Of a stretch of 64,000 nt of DNA, positions 27,690-45,691 are shown piece by piece. The stretch comes from the human T2T-CHM13v2.0 reference genome, Homo sapiens: the NCBI RefSeq assembly GCF_009914755.1, contig NC_060946.1. The stretch is one strand, 5' to 3'. The position numbers and the translations under genes are program-made. Position 1 is the first letter of the stretch; each line of letters begins with the position of its first letter. The notes beneath the pieces are model-generated. The model had not been told where the DNA came from, did no database searches, and saw nothing but the letters and a program-made list of their open reading frames with translations.

Positions 27690-29840
27690 TCTACAAAGGA
27701 GCTACAGATTGAGAATACCAATAAGACAAGCTGATGTGAATAGCAAGAAAACAGCTGAGCTGACACTTCTGTTCCCAGTATAAGCTCTTCCTTAGCTACA
27801 TTACAAAGTAGAGAAATGACTCCCTAATTGGATCTGACAAGAAACTGGCAAAAAATGTAAATTTTCAAGACTATTTGAAATATGAATTTACAACCACTAT
27901 CATTCAGGAAGAACTTCAAACTGTGTATTATGCCTTGATATATTACTTAATGTTAGTACAAAGATGTGTGATTAGCAAGACATTTAAAAACAAAGCATTC
28001 AGAATATGCAGATGAAGTCACCATAATTTCTGGATGATGTTTAAAGTCTTGTGAAAGTCGGTCTTAAGCTTGACAATGTTTCACTGAACTCTGTGAAAAG
28101 AGGTTAGAAGTTGCTTTAGAGATTTCTTTCATCAGAATAAAGGACAATAAAGTCCAGTAAGGAGAATACTTGTTTTTCTTTTTTTCTTTTTTTTTTTTTG
28201 CCTTGGCAAAAATGGCTGTAAAAATACACAAAGATAATATGGTAACAAAATGAAGTAAGTTCCTTTGTCAGCAAATATTGCAGGAAGAGTCAGAGAAAAC
28301 CACGCTGAAGGATGGAAGCAACTAGTATTAGACTGAATTACATGGGAGATTTGCTATGGAATTAAATCAAAGTACAGAGTACTGTGTGTAGGCTTACGCT
28401 ACGTGATAGATTCTGTTTAGAGAATGAAAGACAGAAAGAATGACTTTTTTTGTGAGCACTAAAGGAAAGCTGTCCTGCAGAGTTATACACTGAGCAGTAA
28501 ATTCCTACTTTAATGATAACGATATTTTATGAAAAGAGAGTATGTGGAATCATTAGAGGTACAGTGCTTTAACTGGAATAACAAAAGAATTATGGAGTAA
28601 GGTCACAGAGTCAGCACCATGCAATGAATTCCTTGACTCCATCATTGCTAAGCAAGCCTGCAACAGAGTACCTGAGGCCAGCAGGCACAAGCGCTGCTAG
28701 ATGCCATTGATTTAGATAATTTTATAAAGGCAAGACTAAAAATAGCATTACAATTGTACAATACTTTCTAATGACATGAGAGGTGGCAATGAAAATCTGT
28801 AACACACAGCTTTGCTGGCTAACTCAAAGCAAAGGACATGTAAGAGATGGCACACGTGAAGAAAGGATGGTTGCTGGTAGTATTCTATCTCACACTTTTG
28901 AAAACACACACACACTTTAAATCTGACCCTTCGGTGGAAAGGTGACAAATGAGAAAGTAAATATTGTGCTTTCAGACAGAAACTCTGAAACAGGATAGAG
29001 CTTTTAGAAAATAAATGTTTGAAATTGTTTCCATCGTTATGGGATTGTGAGGCCAAGAAATGATGTTACCTATCAAAGCCCTCATTTCTATATACTTAGA
29101 AAACTTCAAAATAGATTTAACTTTGAAAATTAACTTGCAAATAAAAAAAATTACAGTCTTCACTTAAGGTTGATAAGTTCTTGGAGGCTGCAACTTCAAG
29201 TGAAATTATATACACTATAAAGAAATCAATTTACCTTGTTAGTTGATATAAACAAGAATTAAGTTTCTATGGCACATAGTGTGTTGTTTCACTGAAAAGT
29301 CACAGTTTCCGTTAACCTATCGATGACATTAAGTGAGGACTTATTGTATGGTGGGTTTTGAATGTGTTATCAAAATGCTAAAGAATATTTAATAAATTAT
29401 CAAAAGCAAATGATGGTCATCAAGAGAGACTTAAATATAATAGCTGAATGCTACAAATATTTTTGTATGACTTTTGGATTAAACTGAAACAATGAGTATA
29501 AAATGTATTCAGCCAGCCAATGATGTACTTTTTTTCCATTTGGATCTGTGAATTTTAGGAGGGATCCTTTTTGCAGTCATAGCCATTAAATTCTAGTATT
29601 TGTATAACATGCCCTTAAAACTAAGACTATGAAACACTGTGTCACAAAGTACTAAACCAACATTTCAAAAATAATGAAGCACATTCAATAATATTGCTAT
29701 GTTTAAACATATGAATACTTATGTTTTTCATAAGAGCAAAAGGGTTTATTATTACTAAATTAACTTAAAATTACTCAAACATATAATAAAATGAAACTTT
29801 TCTGTTTTATAGTGTATTCATGTACCACAGTAAAAATATG
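27690..29840 (+). mobile_element. hAT-Charlie DNA transposon with decayed transposase
   Basis: At about 27870-28010 frameshifted reading gives DYLKYEFTTTIIQEE...CVLCLDIL...LARHLKTKHSEY, a BED-finger-like N-terminus typical of Charlie/Buster transposases. Many stops. Confidence 0.75.
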
Positions 29841-30689
29841 TTTGCATTGGAATAGGTCAGATCAGAAATATTTTAGTACTGTGACCCATAGTTTAAATTC
29901 CAAGCTCCTTAGTACACAGCCTGAACTCTCTGCTTATCTCCTTGTTATTTCTGGACACCATGATCTTTTAGGCCCCTGTGTTCATTCGTACTATCCCTTT
30001 TTATGTAGCACCTTCATTTCTGACCTGGATACCTCTAAGCAATATTGCACAGTATTGTTCACATTATGTGGAAATTAGCAGTTGAAACTTCTGTATCCCC
30101 TGTTTGTAAGGCTCTTTCAGGGCAGGAATTATGATGAACTTGTCTCTATATCCTCAACTTCACTAAGTGTCTTCAAACCCTTGCATACAACGGGCACTCA
30201 ATACTGGGTAGCTTGCTAGGCTGAAATGTGTTTTGCAGCCCTTTCCTCAAGGATAGTTTGGATCTTCAAATGTACACCTGGATATGCTACCTGCCTGTCC
30301 CCTTCGTGATAACTGGAAAATTAAACCTTTGTCTCTTGCTCACCTTGGTTACTCTTCTCTGATCACGGCCAAGTTATGAACCCATGATCCATTCAATTTA
30401 TGGTCTTTTCCAGAATCTCAAAAGTAGATCTTCTAACTCCTCCTGGACCACCCTTTCTCTGCCTAGCCCTCCGGCTTTCTGAGGCCCAGTGTTAATATCA
30501 TGCACCTGAGCCTTGTATAGGGGAGGCTCTCAGTTAGTGGCTCAATGTCCATGGTCGCCAAATACTGCTTTACAATGGTGCTTCCTTTGCTCAAAATTGT
30601 GTTCTTCTTAATAGAGCCAGTATTTATGTAAGGAAGTGTGGGCTTCTAAGGAACTTGTCCTACCAGGCATTCTGTAATCAAAGGGGAGT

Positions 30690-30900
30690 CTTTCCTGTGT
30701 GTTGATATAAAATAGATGTGGGAAATGCTGGGGATCAACAAAATCAATCAGATTTTCTGGCTGCAGGACTTCCTAATACAGTATTTGGTATGTAGTACAT
30801 AGAACTCCGCTCTCCCCATCCTCCTCCCCAGTTCCCCCATTTTAAATAAGTCCAATTAACAGCTCTTAGAACTGTTTGGACATACACTCTGGAAAATGCT
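30690..30900. mobile_element. Small hAT MITE (MER103-like)
   Basis: gggaaatgctggg...caacaaaatcaatcagattttctggctgcaggacttc; a related piece lies at about 63153-63390. Confidence 0.45.
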
Positions 30901-31180
30901 GTCATAGGGTAAAATTTCCAGAGACATCACTTTGCTTCTAGGAATCTTGTTGTTTCTAGCAATAACTGCATTGGAAGTTTATCAGCTATGTGTAAAAAGC
31001 CAATGAAGGACAACTGAAATCAATAAAACTCAAAAGAGTTCAGTTCTGAAAATTATCCAGGAGCAAAAAATGGATGAGTGCTGAGGGAAGACAACAGACT
31101 CAAGCTTAAGTCACCCAAGGTCCCGTCTGCTTAGCCTGCCATTCTCTGGCATGATCCAAGGACACATGATGTGAAGGTCA

Positions 31181-32302
<1,122 letters not shown>

Positions 32303-32598
32303 TGCCTGGCCCAGTGGCTCATACCTGTAATCCCAGCACTTTGGGAGGCTGAGTCAGGCAGATCACCTGAGGTCGGGAGTTCGAGACCAGCCTGACCAAC
32401 ATGGAGAAACCCCATCTCTACCAAAAATACAAAATTAGCCAGGCATGGTGGCCCATGCCTGTAATCCCAGCTACTTGGGAGGCTGAGGAAGGAGAATCGC
32501 TTCAACCCGGGAGGCAGAGGTTGAGGGGGCCGAGATTGCACCATTGCACTCCAGCCCATGCAATAAGAGTGAAACTGTCGCAAAAAAGAAAAAAAAAT
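32303..32598 (+). mobile_element. AluSp-like inserted in the L1 tail
   Basis: TSD aaatt(t)atacaaaaaaga. Confidence 0.93.
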
Positions 32599-33506
32599 TA
32601 TACAAAAAAGAATAATAGGTTTACTACAATGTCTCAAAGCCTTGTACTGCTTTATGTATTGTCCCTTTTAATCTTTCCATCTCTTCTATAAAGTCATGAG
32701 GATGACTTTAGACTCATGAGGAAAAGTTCCTAGTTTTTCAGATGAAAAGACTTGGTTAGGGTGAGTTAAAGAACTCAGTGACAGCCTGGCCCAGAGTGGG
32801 TGCTCTGCCATGTCTGCTGGGGGAATGAGAGATCCCGCATACAAGCCACAGGGCAATAGTCCCAAAGGACAGGGTACTTAAACAGGAGCCAGCTGCCTCA
32901 TATTTAATCCTGAGGACTCCTTGAGTTTACTGGTCACAGCAGTGCACAAAGAGATCATAAAACACTGACAGCCCTTGGACGCAGGTCATACAATGAAAGA
33001 AATGAAACCGGCACTGGCCTGAAGTGAAAGAGAAGTCTGACTAGAAGGTAGTAATTCGAGATTTTAGATCTTCTCCCCCAAAACCAACTGTTTTTTTTTT
33101 CTTCCTTGATCCATCCCAATCCTCCAAAATCAACCGTAACATTCATCATTCTTATTACCCTGTGTTTTCCCTGCCTCATTTTTCACTGTAGTCTGCTTAG
33201 CTGTGACATGTTCAGTATGCTGATATATGGTAGCCCCTCATCTTCCCCCAAAGATGTAGAAACTGACACAACTCTAACTATTATAAAATGTTACAATGCT
33301 TGAGTTATGGGCTACTTTTTTTATGCAAATGCTATAAATTGCCCCTAAGAAGATATATCATTTCCCCCTATGGCTGGCATCTTTTCTCTTGGTTTTTCTC
33401 TTCTGCTTTAGGATTTTTCTTTTAGGTGTACTCAATTACCAATTTATAAATGGACTGGGGTCTAAAATTCAGCCTCTGAGTCTGTTGTTTAAAATTCAAA
33501 TGTCCT

Positions 33507-33867
<361 letters not shown>

Positions 33868-34317
33868 CTAAAACCCACTTAATCCAAACAGAGTTCATGC
33901 AGAATAGCCCTACACAAGAGGACTGTATACAGTCCCATACAATAGTTCTATACAGTCATTATGTTATATATCATGTTTTCATTGGAAAATATTTTCAGGT
34001 AGAAACTCATTGCTGTATCAGAGGAAAATGCTGCGGACTTGGAATCAGACAGATGTGAGTTGGAATCTCAGCTCTGTCATATTTAGCTGTGTGACTGGGC
34101 AAGAAAAGTGACTTAACCTGTGTGATCCTTCATTTTCTGACTTATAAAATGAAAAAAGATTTACCTTGTGAGACTTGGGAAGATTAAGTGAGGTCATGCC
34201 TGGAACACCATTCCCAGCCAATCATCCTGGAAAACTCCTTTTCATCTTTTGAGGCCCACAATGAAGCTGTGACAGCTCACTTCTGTAGGATAAACACACC
34301 TGAGAGCAGCAACTTAA

Positions 34318-34660
<343 letters not shown>

Positions 34661-35025
34661 TATTTTCATTCTTTTTCTCCGCTTCCTCCCATCTTTTGTT
34701 TTTTCAATCCCGTTCCGCGTTTACGAAGGACCTCCTAATTGCTGTTTTTTATGTTCTTTCCTTGGGAGTACAACAGCCTCTCCTTACTCGGGGTTTTGCT
34801 TTTCTCCACTTCAGTTACCAGAGGTCAACCACTGTCTGAAAATATTAAATGGAAGATTCCAGAAATAATTCATATTTTAAATTGCATGCCATTTTAAGTA
34901 GCATGTTTCATGCCACTTTACATAAGTCATTTAAGTTAAATAATACAGTATTCGTCCTTTTGTGTTTGGCTTAGGTCACTAAGCATAATGTCCTCAAAGT
35001 TCATCCAAGTTATAGCATATGTCAG

Positions 35026-35300
35026 TTTTTTGTTTTGTTGCCCAGGTTGGAGTGCAGTGGCACAATCACAGGTCACTGCATCCTCTGCCTCCTGGGTTCA
35101 TGCAAACGTCCCACCGCAGCCACCCAAGTAGCTGAGACTACAGGCACATGCCACCATGCCGGCTAATTTTTGTATTTTTTGTAGAGACGGGGGTCTTACT
35201 ATGTTGCCTAGGCTGGTCTCAAACCCCTGGGCTCAAGCAATCCACCTGCCTCAGCCTCCCAAAGTGCTGAGATTACTGGCATGAACCACCATGCCTGACC
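35026..35300 (-). mobile_element. AluJ within an L1MB-like fragment
   Basis: Reverse Alu; flanks gtccttttgtgtttggcttagg...atcccttttcaaggc are L1M 3' UTR-like. Confidence 0.85.
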
Positions 35301-35912
35301 TTCAGAATTTTATCCCTTTTCAAGGCCTGCCAAAGTTTTTAGTTGTACTTATTTTTATGTTTTTATTTTTGATATAAAAAGACTTGAGAGTTTAGAAGTC
35401 TCCTGTGCCCTGCCTGGTCAAGAAATGTCATTCATCAGGAGGACACAGGCCTTCCAAAGCACTACTTCTATCTGTTGTAATTCGCTCACTGATGGCTGAA
35501 CCTGACTTTCTTTAGAAAGTCATCCACTTCTCCATTTGTGACCTATTACATCCAAGACCCAGATTGTAAGGTATATTCCACTTCAATTTTTCAATATAGT
35601 GCCAAAGTGTTTTCCAATTTGGTGTATCCATACACACTCCTATGGGTGACATAACAGACCACTGGTCAACTGAGACTTGATAGTATCACTCTTCCAATTT
35701 GGTGGCTATAAAATTATTTGTGGTCTTAATTTTCACTTCCCTGATGAACAGCGAGGCTATATATCTTTTCATGTGTTTATTGGCCATTTGCCTGGCAACC
35801 AAGTGAAAGGACTGTTTACATGTTTTACAGATTTATCATTCAATATTAAGAGTTGCTTATATATTTTGTTTAGTGCTCTCTTGTCAGTTACATGTGTTGA
35901 AGTATCTTTTGC

Positions 35913-36220
35913 TTTTCTCTCTTTTTTTTTTTTTTTTGAGATGGAGTCTTGCTCTGTTGCCTAGGCTGGAGTGCAGTGGCACAATCTCGGCTCACTGCAA
36001 CCTCTCCACCTCCCGGGCTCAAGAAATTCTCCTGCCTTAGCCTCCTGAGTAGCTGGGACTACAGGCATGCGCCACCACGTCTGGCTAATTTTTGTATTTT
36101 TAGTAGAGATGGGGTTTCACATGTTGGCCAGGCTGGTATCGAACTCCTGAGCTCAAGTGAGGCACCTGCCTTGGCCTCCCAATGTGCTGGGATTACAGGC
36201 GTGAGCCACTGCACCTGGCC
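35913..36220 (-). mobile_element. AluS
   Basis: TSD tgcttttctc. Confidence 0.95.
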
Positions 36221-36945
36221 TGCTTTTCTCTTTTTAATGCCTGTTTGATTGAGTTATTGATATCAATGTGATTAAATTTACGGATTCATTCATTTATGGT
36301 ATGCGTTTTTGATGTCTTGTTGAATACATACTTCTCCATTCTGAAGTCTTAAGGCCAGTTTCCCTTTTCATTTAAAAAATAAAAGTTTAATTTGGCCCTT
36401 CACTTTCTAAGTTTCTAATCCGTCTGGAATTAATTTTATGCATGGTATGAGACAGGGATCCACTTAAATTTTTTCCATGTGGATAATCAGGTGTCTCAGC
36501 ACAGTTTATGGAAAACTTAATCATTTCTTCAATGATCAGGTATGTTGCCTCTTCATATACCAAAATGCTTTCATAAATGTGTGTGTGCTCTTGCACGCTC
36601 TCCTCTTTCCAACTAATTGCACGGCCCTGAGCAAATGCTCAGCAATAGTTTACTGTAGGTTTTCACTAGTTACTATTTATGAGAGTTTTTATCATGAATG
36701 AGCACGTAATTTTGTCAAATAACTTTCCTTCATCTGTTTATATGATTATTTGGTATTTCTCCTTTAATCTATTAACATGCTGAATGACACGTGGATTTTT
36801 CAATGCTAAATCACTCTTGTCTTTCCTGGAACAAACCCAACTTGGCAATGATATATTATCTATTTTATACATGGCTAGATTTGGTTTGCTAAATATTTTG
36901 CTTAAGATTTTTGCATCTATATTCATGAGTGAGACTGGCTTGCAA

Positions 36946-37113
36946 TCTTCCTGTCTTTGTGACGTGACTTTGCTTCTCTTTCGTCTTCCGCCATGATTGT
37001 GAGGCCTCCCCAGCCCTGTGGAACTGTGAGTCAATTACACCTCTTTCCTTTATAAATTACCTAGTTTCAGTCTCGAGTATGTCTTTATTAACAGCATGAG
37101 AACAGACTAATGC
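36946..37113 (+). mobile_element. THE1 LTR, 3' half only
   Basis: ttccgccatgattgtgaggcctccccagcc...acagactaatgca. Confidence 0.85.
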
Positions 37114-37714
37114 ACTTTTTTTTTGTCTGATTTTGGTGTTGATAATATCCTGGCTTTGCTGAATGGGTTAAAAAGTGTTCCTCTTTTCATATTCTCTAGA
37201 AAAGTTTATTTAAAATTGGAAATGTCCTTGGATTAAAAAAAATTGGTAGAACTTATTTCTACTTGCCGTCTAGGGGTACTGTTTTAAAAAGGTTTAATGG
37301 CTAGAAGATAATCTAAACTTTATACTTTTTTCTTAAATCGGTTTTGGTAAGTAACACATTTCTAGGAATTTGTCCATTTAACAAAAATTCTCAAATTTGT
37401 TCACATAATGTTGTTCACAGTATTCTATTTTTTTTTTCAATTCTGCTAATTGATTGAAAGCTCCACCAACTGAGACTGTTTGCTTTATCTTTGCTGTATA
37501 TCTAGAACTCAGAAGTCACTTGCTCAAAAACAATGAGAGAATGAGTAAGTGGATCTGGAATTAGGTGCCCCTATTCATTTCTTGGTGAGTTCACTTTCTT
37601 TTTTCTTGATGAGTCTCGCCATAGGTTTGTCTATTTTATTGGTCCCTTTCAAACTTTTGACTTTATTGATCAATTTGCTGACCAACTTCAATTTGATTGC
37701 ATTTGAATTTAATG

Positions 37715-38113
<399 letters not shown>

Positions 38114-38534
38114 TAAACATTTAAGGATATACATTTCCTTACATGTTATTTTATCCCACTAATTTTGACATATTATTTTTATTTTCATTTAGGCTCTAAG
38201 TAGTTTTCAATTTAAATTATTTATGTTTAGAACCATGAGTAATGTAAAAGTATGTTTTCAATTGTAATCAAATAGATTTTTAAAAACCTTATTGTTACTG
38301 CCTTCTTATTTAATTTTGCTTTCTTCAGAGAACTATAGTATAATATCATTCTTTGAAATGTATTGATGTCTAGTACTTGGTTTCTTTTTAATAAATGTTC
38401 CATATGAGCCTAAGAAGGATGTATACTCTCAGATCATTAGGTACAAGGTTCCTTATTTGCCCAATAAGTCAACATGTTAACTGTGTAGTTTAAATCTTCT
38501 ATAGTCTTAGTAATTTTTGTCTTTTGATATTTCA

Positions 38535-38876
<342 letters not shown>

Positions 38877-38985
38877 TTAAATATTCCAAGATGAAAATGG
38901 ACTTATCAATTTCTCCCTGGAGTTCTAATGAGCTCTGTGTGTGTGTGTGCCTGTTTGTGTATATGTATTTGGACAGATATATATA

Positions 38986-39500
38986 CAGGCATAACTTGGA
39001 GATATTGTGGGTTTGGTTTCAGACTACTGTAATAAAGTGAATACCACATGAAGTGAATCACATTTTTTGGTTTTCCGATACATATAAAAATTATGTTTAA
39101 ACTACACTGTACTCTGTTAAGTGTACAACAGCATTATGTCTAAAAAAATACGTACTTTAATTAAGAAATACTTTATTTCTAAAAAATGTTAATGATCACC
39201 TGGCCTTCAGTGAGTCACAATCCTTTTGCTGGTGGAGGGTCCTGTCTTGGTGTTGATGGCTGCTGACTGATCAGGGTGGTGGTTGTTGGAAGGTTGGGGT
39301 GGTTGTGGCCAATTTCTTAAAATAAGGTAACAATGAAGTTTCCCACATGGATCGACTCTTCCTTTCATGAAAAGTTTCTCTGTAGCAATTGATGCAGTTT
39401 GATAATTCTTACCTACAATAGAACTTCTTTCAAAATTGGAGCCAATCTTCTCAAATCCTGCCCCTGCTTTATCAACTAAGTTTATGTAGTATTTTAAATC
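38986..39500 (-). mobile_element. Tigger1 terminal fragment
   Basis: TA followed by TIR caggcataacttggagatattgtgggtttggtttcagac. ORF 39207..39566(-) carries Tigger transposase C-terminal text (LKYYINLVDKAGAGFEKIGSNFERSS). Confidence 0.88.
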
Positions 39501-39865
39501 AGATATAATAACAATGAACATTACCAAAATGTCACAGGAAGAGACACAAGTCCAAAATCCTGACATTCTCAGATAGGATTTATGGAATTTTCTTTGCTCT
39601 CAAGAGATTGATAAGAAATAGAATGGGATTCTCCCACATGAAGGTGTGCCAGGTTTTCAGAGACTCCAGCTAATTACAAGGCTTTCCTCATGCATGTTTT
39701 TGGATCAACAGCCACAACACAGATTATTTGAACTCCCCAAGCTTCTTTTTTCTATTTTCTTGGTTTTTTTTTCCCCAAATTAAGAGTTTGTGATTATATA
39801 GATAACAGAGCCTTCTTAGTTCTCTATCTCTACTTTTTTTACTGCCTACTTTAAATCTGGTGACT

Positions 39866-40258
<393 letters not shown>

Positions 40259-40974
40259 TAAAGGGCTTTTAAATAAATGGCTTTACATATTACAACAGCT
40301 CCAAAGTAACCAACAACCTAGACATCTTTTGCAAATGTAAATTTGGGTTTGCCTGGCTACCAATTGCTTAGGATGCTAGAGCAGTTAACTAAGGGGACTG
40401 ATAGCCTAAAATAATAAAAATTAGATAAATCATTATGAAGGTTAGGCTCTCAGGTCAAAATCTTGAGGTCAGAACAGTAATATAAGGTATCTCTTTCCAG
40501 CATAAAAACTGTTGTGTCTGCCACACAGGGGCCGTTAAAAAAAAATAGCTGGAAAACAAAACTCTTGTTAAGATGCTTCCCCATAACCATTGACTAGCAA
40601 AGGGGATCAGTGAACAAAGATAAATGTGTTACTAATTCAAGGCCACTGGAGATTTTGTTTTTCTTATACAATTTGTCACTCCCAGCTAAAATGTAAACTC
40701 ATTTGAAGCTGAAGAAAGGAAACAAAAAAAGGTAAAAGAGGTTTTTTAAAAAATCAAACTGCTTTATCCAAAACTTTGATCCATAGCCTTCACTAGATTA
40801 GCATTTAAGTTTAGCTATGTAAAAAGGTCCCAATTTTGAGAGAAATATAATTTGAATGCAATCGTTGTTTATAAATGGGTGAGTTTGTATTACTATCTCA
40901 TGGCTAAAATTCTAAAATAAAAGCAGTAAGATCTTTGTGTATGTATGTCTATGTGTTTAGGTGTGGTTACCAAC

Positions 40975-41465
40975 ATGTACATGTATTATGTTATATAATA
41001 TGTTATGTTGTATTTACAAAGTAAAATCTGGAATAGGTGTTATAATAATACATATTATATTATAGAACATTATTATTGCATTATAAATATTAATATTATC
41101 AAATCATTAAATACCATCAATAATTTAACACTGTTAAATTAAATAATTGATATTAATATTAATAAATTAATAATATTCAATAATTATTGAATATTAATGG
41201 ATATAACAATGAATAGTATTCATATAACATAACATGAATAATACATATAACATTTATCATTTTATATATGTTATGTCTACATAGTAAAATCTAAGAAATG
41301 TAAAATAAAATGTATAATGAAATATAATATTCATAGTATATTCATAGAACACGAATAATACATGTTATAGAATAACATGTTATATGAATAATACATATTA
41401 TATAACATGCATTATGTTAGATAATATATGTTATGCTGTATCTACATAGTAAAATGTGGAATAGT
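40975..41465. repeat. AT-rich low-complexity expansion
   Basis: TA/TAA/CATA-rich stretch with a thrice-repeated motif tatgttatg...tac(a)tagtaaaat. Confidence 0.85.
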
Positions 41466-42007
41466 TGGCCAAAAAAAAAACTCCTAAGAAATTTTATTTT
41501 GATTGGCTTAGATGAATTATCACACATATAAAATATATAGTAATTAACCCAAATGCCTTTTAGTTCCTGTGACTTAAATAAAACTTTGATAAATAAGATG
41601 GTTTTTAAATCATTGGTAAAATAAAAATGGAAATATCTTCGAAACTGGCAGCATACATTTTTGGCTGGGTTTTGTATTTGTTTCTGCTACATGTTTTAAA
41701 GTCATGAAGCTATGAAGTCAACTTGAAAACAGAATAATCTTTGTGTAACTCCTTGATAAGTAGGACTAATTTAATATTGGTTTAATAAAAACAGTTGTAG
41801 CTTCTGAGTTACAGGCAAAATACTTGTGTATTTTACTTTCAGGCTCTTACTTAAACAAACACCTGATATTCACAAAATACAAAAATGGTTAACAGGACAA
41901 TAACTTGAAATGATGATTCGCTTTGTGTAATATTTCAGTTTTCATAAGTAATCTAGGTGAATTGTTAAAAATCAGTAAATTAGGTAAATGTAAATGGAGT
42001 AAATGTT

Positions 42008-42387
<380 letters not shown>

Positions 42388-42668
42388 TTATGCTATGTTA
42401 CATTAAATAAAAAACACTCATCAAATGTCTGGGTCATTTCCATAAAAATAAGAACAAATTGCTGAACATAAATATAAGTTGTTTTCAGCTTCTTAAATAT
42501 ATTTGAGTCTATTAAAACATGCTTCTAAAAATTATAAAATAGTTCTTATTACAAAATGCTGATATGTGACAGAGAATTCAAAATTTTTGGCTTCCTAGGT
42601 TTTCACTAGAAATTAAGGTTACTAAGAATAAAATCCTAATTAATTTATATATAATTCTGTATACAAAG

Positions 42669-43029
42669 TGTATTAATCCATTTTCATGTTGCTGATAAAG
42701 ACATATCCAAGACTGGGTAATTTATAAAGAAAAAGAGGTTTAAGGGACTCACAGTTCCACGTGGTTGAGGAGGCCTCACAATCAAGGTGGAAGGCAAAAG
42801 GCAAGTCTTACATGGCAGCAGGCAAGACAGAGTGAGAGCCAAGCAATAGGGGAAACTTCTTATAAAACCATCAGATCTCGTAAGACCTATTTACTACCAT
42901 GAGAAATTTGTGGGGGAAACTGCTCCCATGATTCAATTATTTCCACCAGGTCCCTCCCACAACATGTGTTAATTGTGGGAGCTACAATTCAAGATGAGAT
43001 TTGGGTGGGGACACAGCCAAATCATATCA
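42669..43029 (-). mobile_element. THE1 solo LTR inserted in the ERV internal region
   Basis: tgtattaatccattttc...ggggacacagccaaatcatatca; 5-bp TSD caaag on both sides. Confidence 0.95.
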
Positions 43030-44000
43030 CAAAGTATACCAAAATAAGATGTGTTTTGATGAATGAAATTACAAGGCATAAAAATATGTTTCTTACTGAG
43101 AAAATAGAATAATTTTGTCCAGTTCAGAGGTTACTTAAAGGTTGCCTCGAAAAGTATATTTAGAATGGAAATAGAAACAAGACAGACAGGAATACATAAG
43201 TAGGAGAGTAATATGAAGAAAGTTATGGATATAAGGATGTATTTTTGGTAAGGATAGTTAAAAAGAAAAGAGCATTTCCTATGAGAAACAATCTTATGTG
43301 GTAAATTTTTGTCTTAAAGTAAAATGACTGGTTATTTAATAAAGAGAAAGTAAAGGACAAAGCAGAAAGTTTAAGCATGTTGTAAAAGGTCTGAGTAAGT
43401 CACGATAAAGTTTATGAAGGATAAATTTATAAAAGAAATTGTGGGTGTGATCAAGTTGCCTGTAATTAGAAGGGAATTATTTATAAGCCTTCCTAAAGAT
43501 TGAGCTTTGCTATTAAAAATACACTAAAACAAAACTAAAATTTTCATCCCCTATGTTAGAACAACAAGGTTTTCTTGAAGTACTGATCTGCTCTTAGTAA
43601 AACCATAAGAGATCATAATTTTTAATTCTGAAATCTGTTTAACTGCCATCTTCTGAACTGCAGTTTCTATTTCTGCAAAATTTCTTCCTGAGATCCATTT
43701 AATTTCCCTAGTTTTGGGTTAGAAATGCTGTCTTCTTCATTTAGAATGGTAATTTCACTTCTTGAGGCAGAGGTTTCCTCTGGAAGCTTTTCAGATTCAT
43801 GTCTCAGAAGTTCAACTTTTGCTATATCTTGCTGCATGTGATTTTCAGGTCATACATCATTGCCTTCTGCTCTTCGTCTTTCTACCCTTGAGAAGGCCTG
43901 GGATAACTCTCTCCTTTAAGTTTTCCATTCCTTCCTGTAACTGTTTTTTTTCCCCCAGTTCTAACTCTGCTATTATGGCTTGTCCATTAAATGTTTATCT

Positions 44001-44316
<316 letters not shown>

Positions 44317-45691
44317 CTACAAAGGCAATGTCTTCCACCAGTATACCTTGATTTTGTACTCTTGGCTTTTCTTGACATGTCGGAATTATCCCATGTAACC
44401 AAGAAACTTCCCGTGCTATTACTAAGGACCATGTATTCCCCTGCTCAAGGTGCTAGTTTTCTTGTTTACATTCCTGTATAATATGGTATACATTCCTAAC
44501 CTTGGACTCATTCTTTCTATGTCAGATTAAATTCAAGTACCCTTTTCATCAGGTCGACTACCTGGTTATCTATTATACATTGGCTTCTCACAAGGAGAAG
44601 CAATCAACCTGCTGAAGTTGTTTCTTACCTTTTTAATAACTGGCCTAAGAAACAAACATTTTATATGTTATCAATATAATTTCCTGTGTTATCTTTATTC
44701 AGTATTTGATTACTTAGGAAAATGGAGTTTTGAAAGCACTAAGATTCCACGTAAGTTTCTCTATCGTCTTTTGATAATCACTCTGGTTACATGAATGACT
44801 ATTACTTCACAGTAACTTCTTATCAAGTGCTTTCAACCTTTTAAAATCTTTGGCAGGTTTCCATGAATCAAAATTCTAACTTAAGTTTTATTTACCTGAA
44901 ATTAACTTTTGGATTTTCCAGAGACTCTGGAGAGTCTCAAAAAATGTATCTCTCATCTTGTAGAAATATTAAATGATTAGTCTTATTTTGTGAACTGCAT
45001 GCTAAATGCTGTCAAATAATAAGTGATACTAGATCTTCTTTGCATTACATTTATGGGTATCTACCCAAATTATATAAAATTCTTAAAAATCTAATATGAC
45101 ATTAGTTAAAATTCTAGACATTATGTTGTGTGGCACAAAAATAACTAAATTTCCATGTTAATTGCTTATTATAATGAACTCCCATCAGATTTTTAGCCAT
45201 GGCTATTCTAAGTTTTTATCCACAGCTATTGTTTTGAATTCTTCTTTAAAGGCATTTGCAAGCAAATTTATGGAAGCGACTCTAACAAGTACTCTTAGAT
45301 ATAGGTTAATAAAAACTTTAAGATCAATGGACTAAACGCAAATGTTTGAGAACTCCAATGAAGAAACATGAATTCATGAAACTACTAATCAAGCTCAAGC
45401 AGAACAAAAATAAATTGCATGAGATTAAGTAACTGATAATGTTTTTGACTTTTATTTAAAACACTGTTAGTTCTTCACTTAAATGTTTTGTTTTCCAGAT
45501 TTAAGGAAATTTTCTTCCCTAAGCTGTCTATAGTGCACAATGATTTGGTAAACTATATATTTGTGAACAAGGTAGAAGCATTTCCTTCTTCCAATTTTCT
45601 CTCTCCAAAGTTTGGAGAGATTTTGTGAGTATTCTTATTTTTTACGGTAATATGGTTATTTATACAAGTTCAATAACATTTGCTCTCTCTG

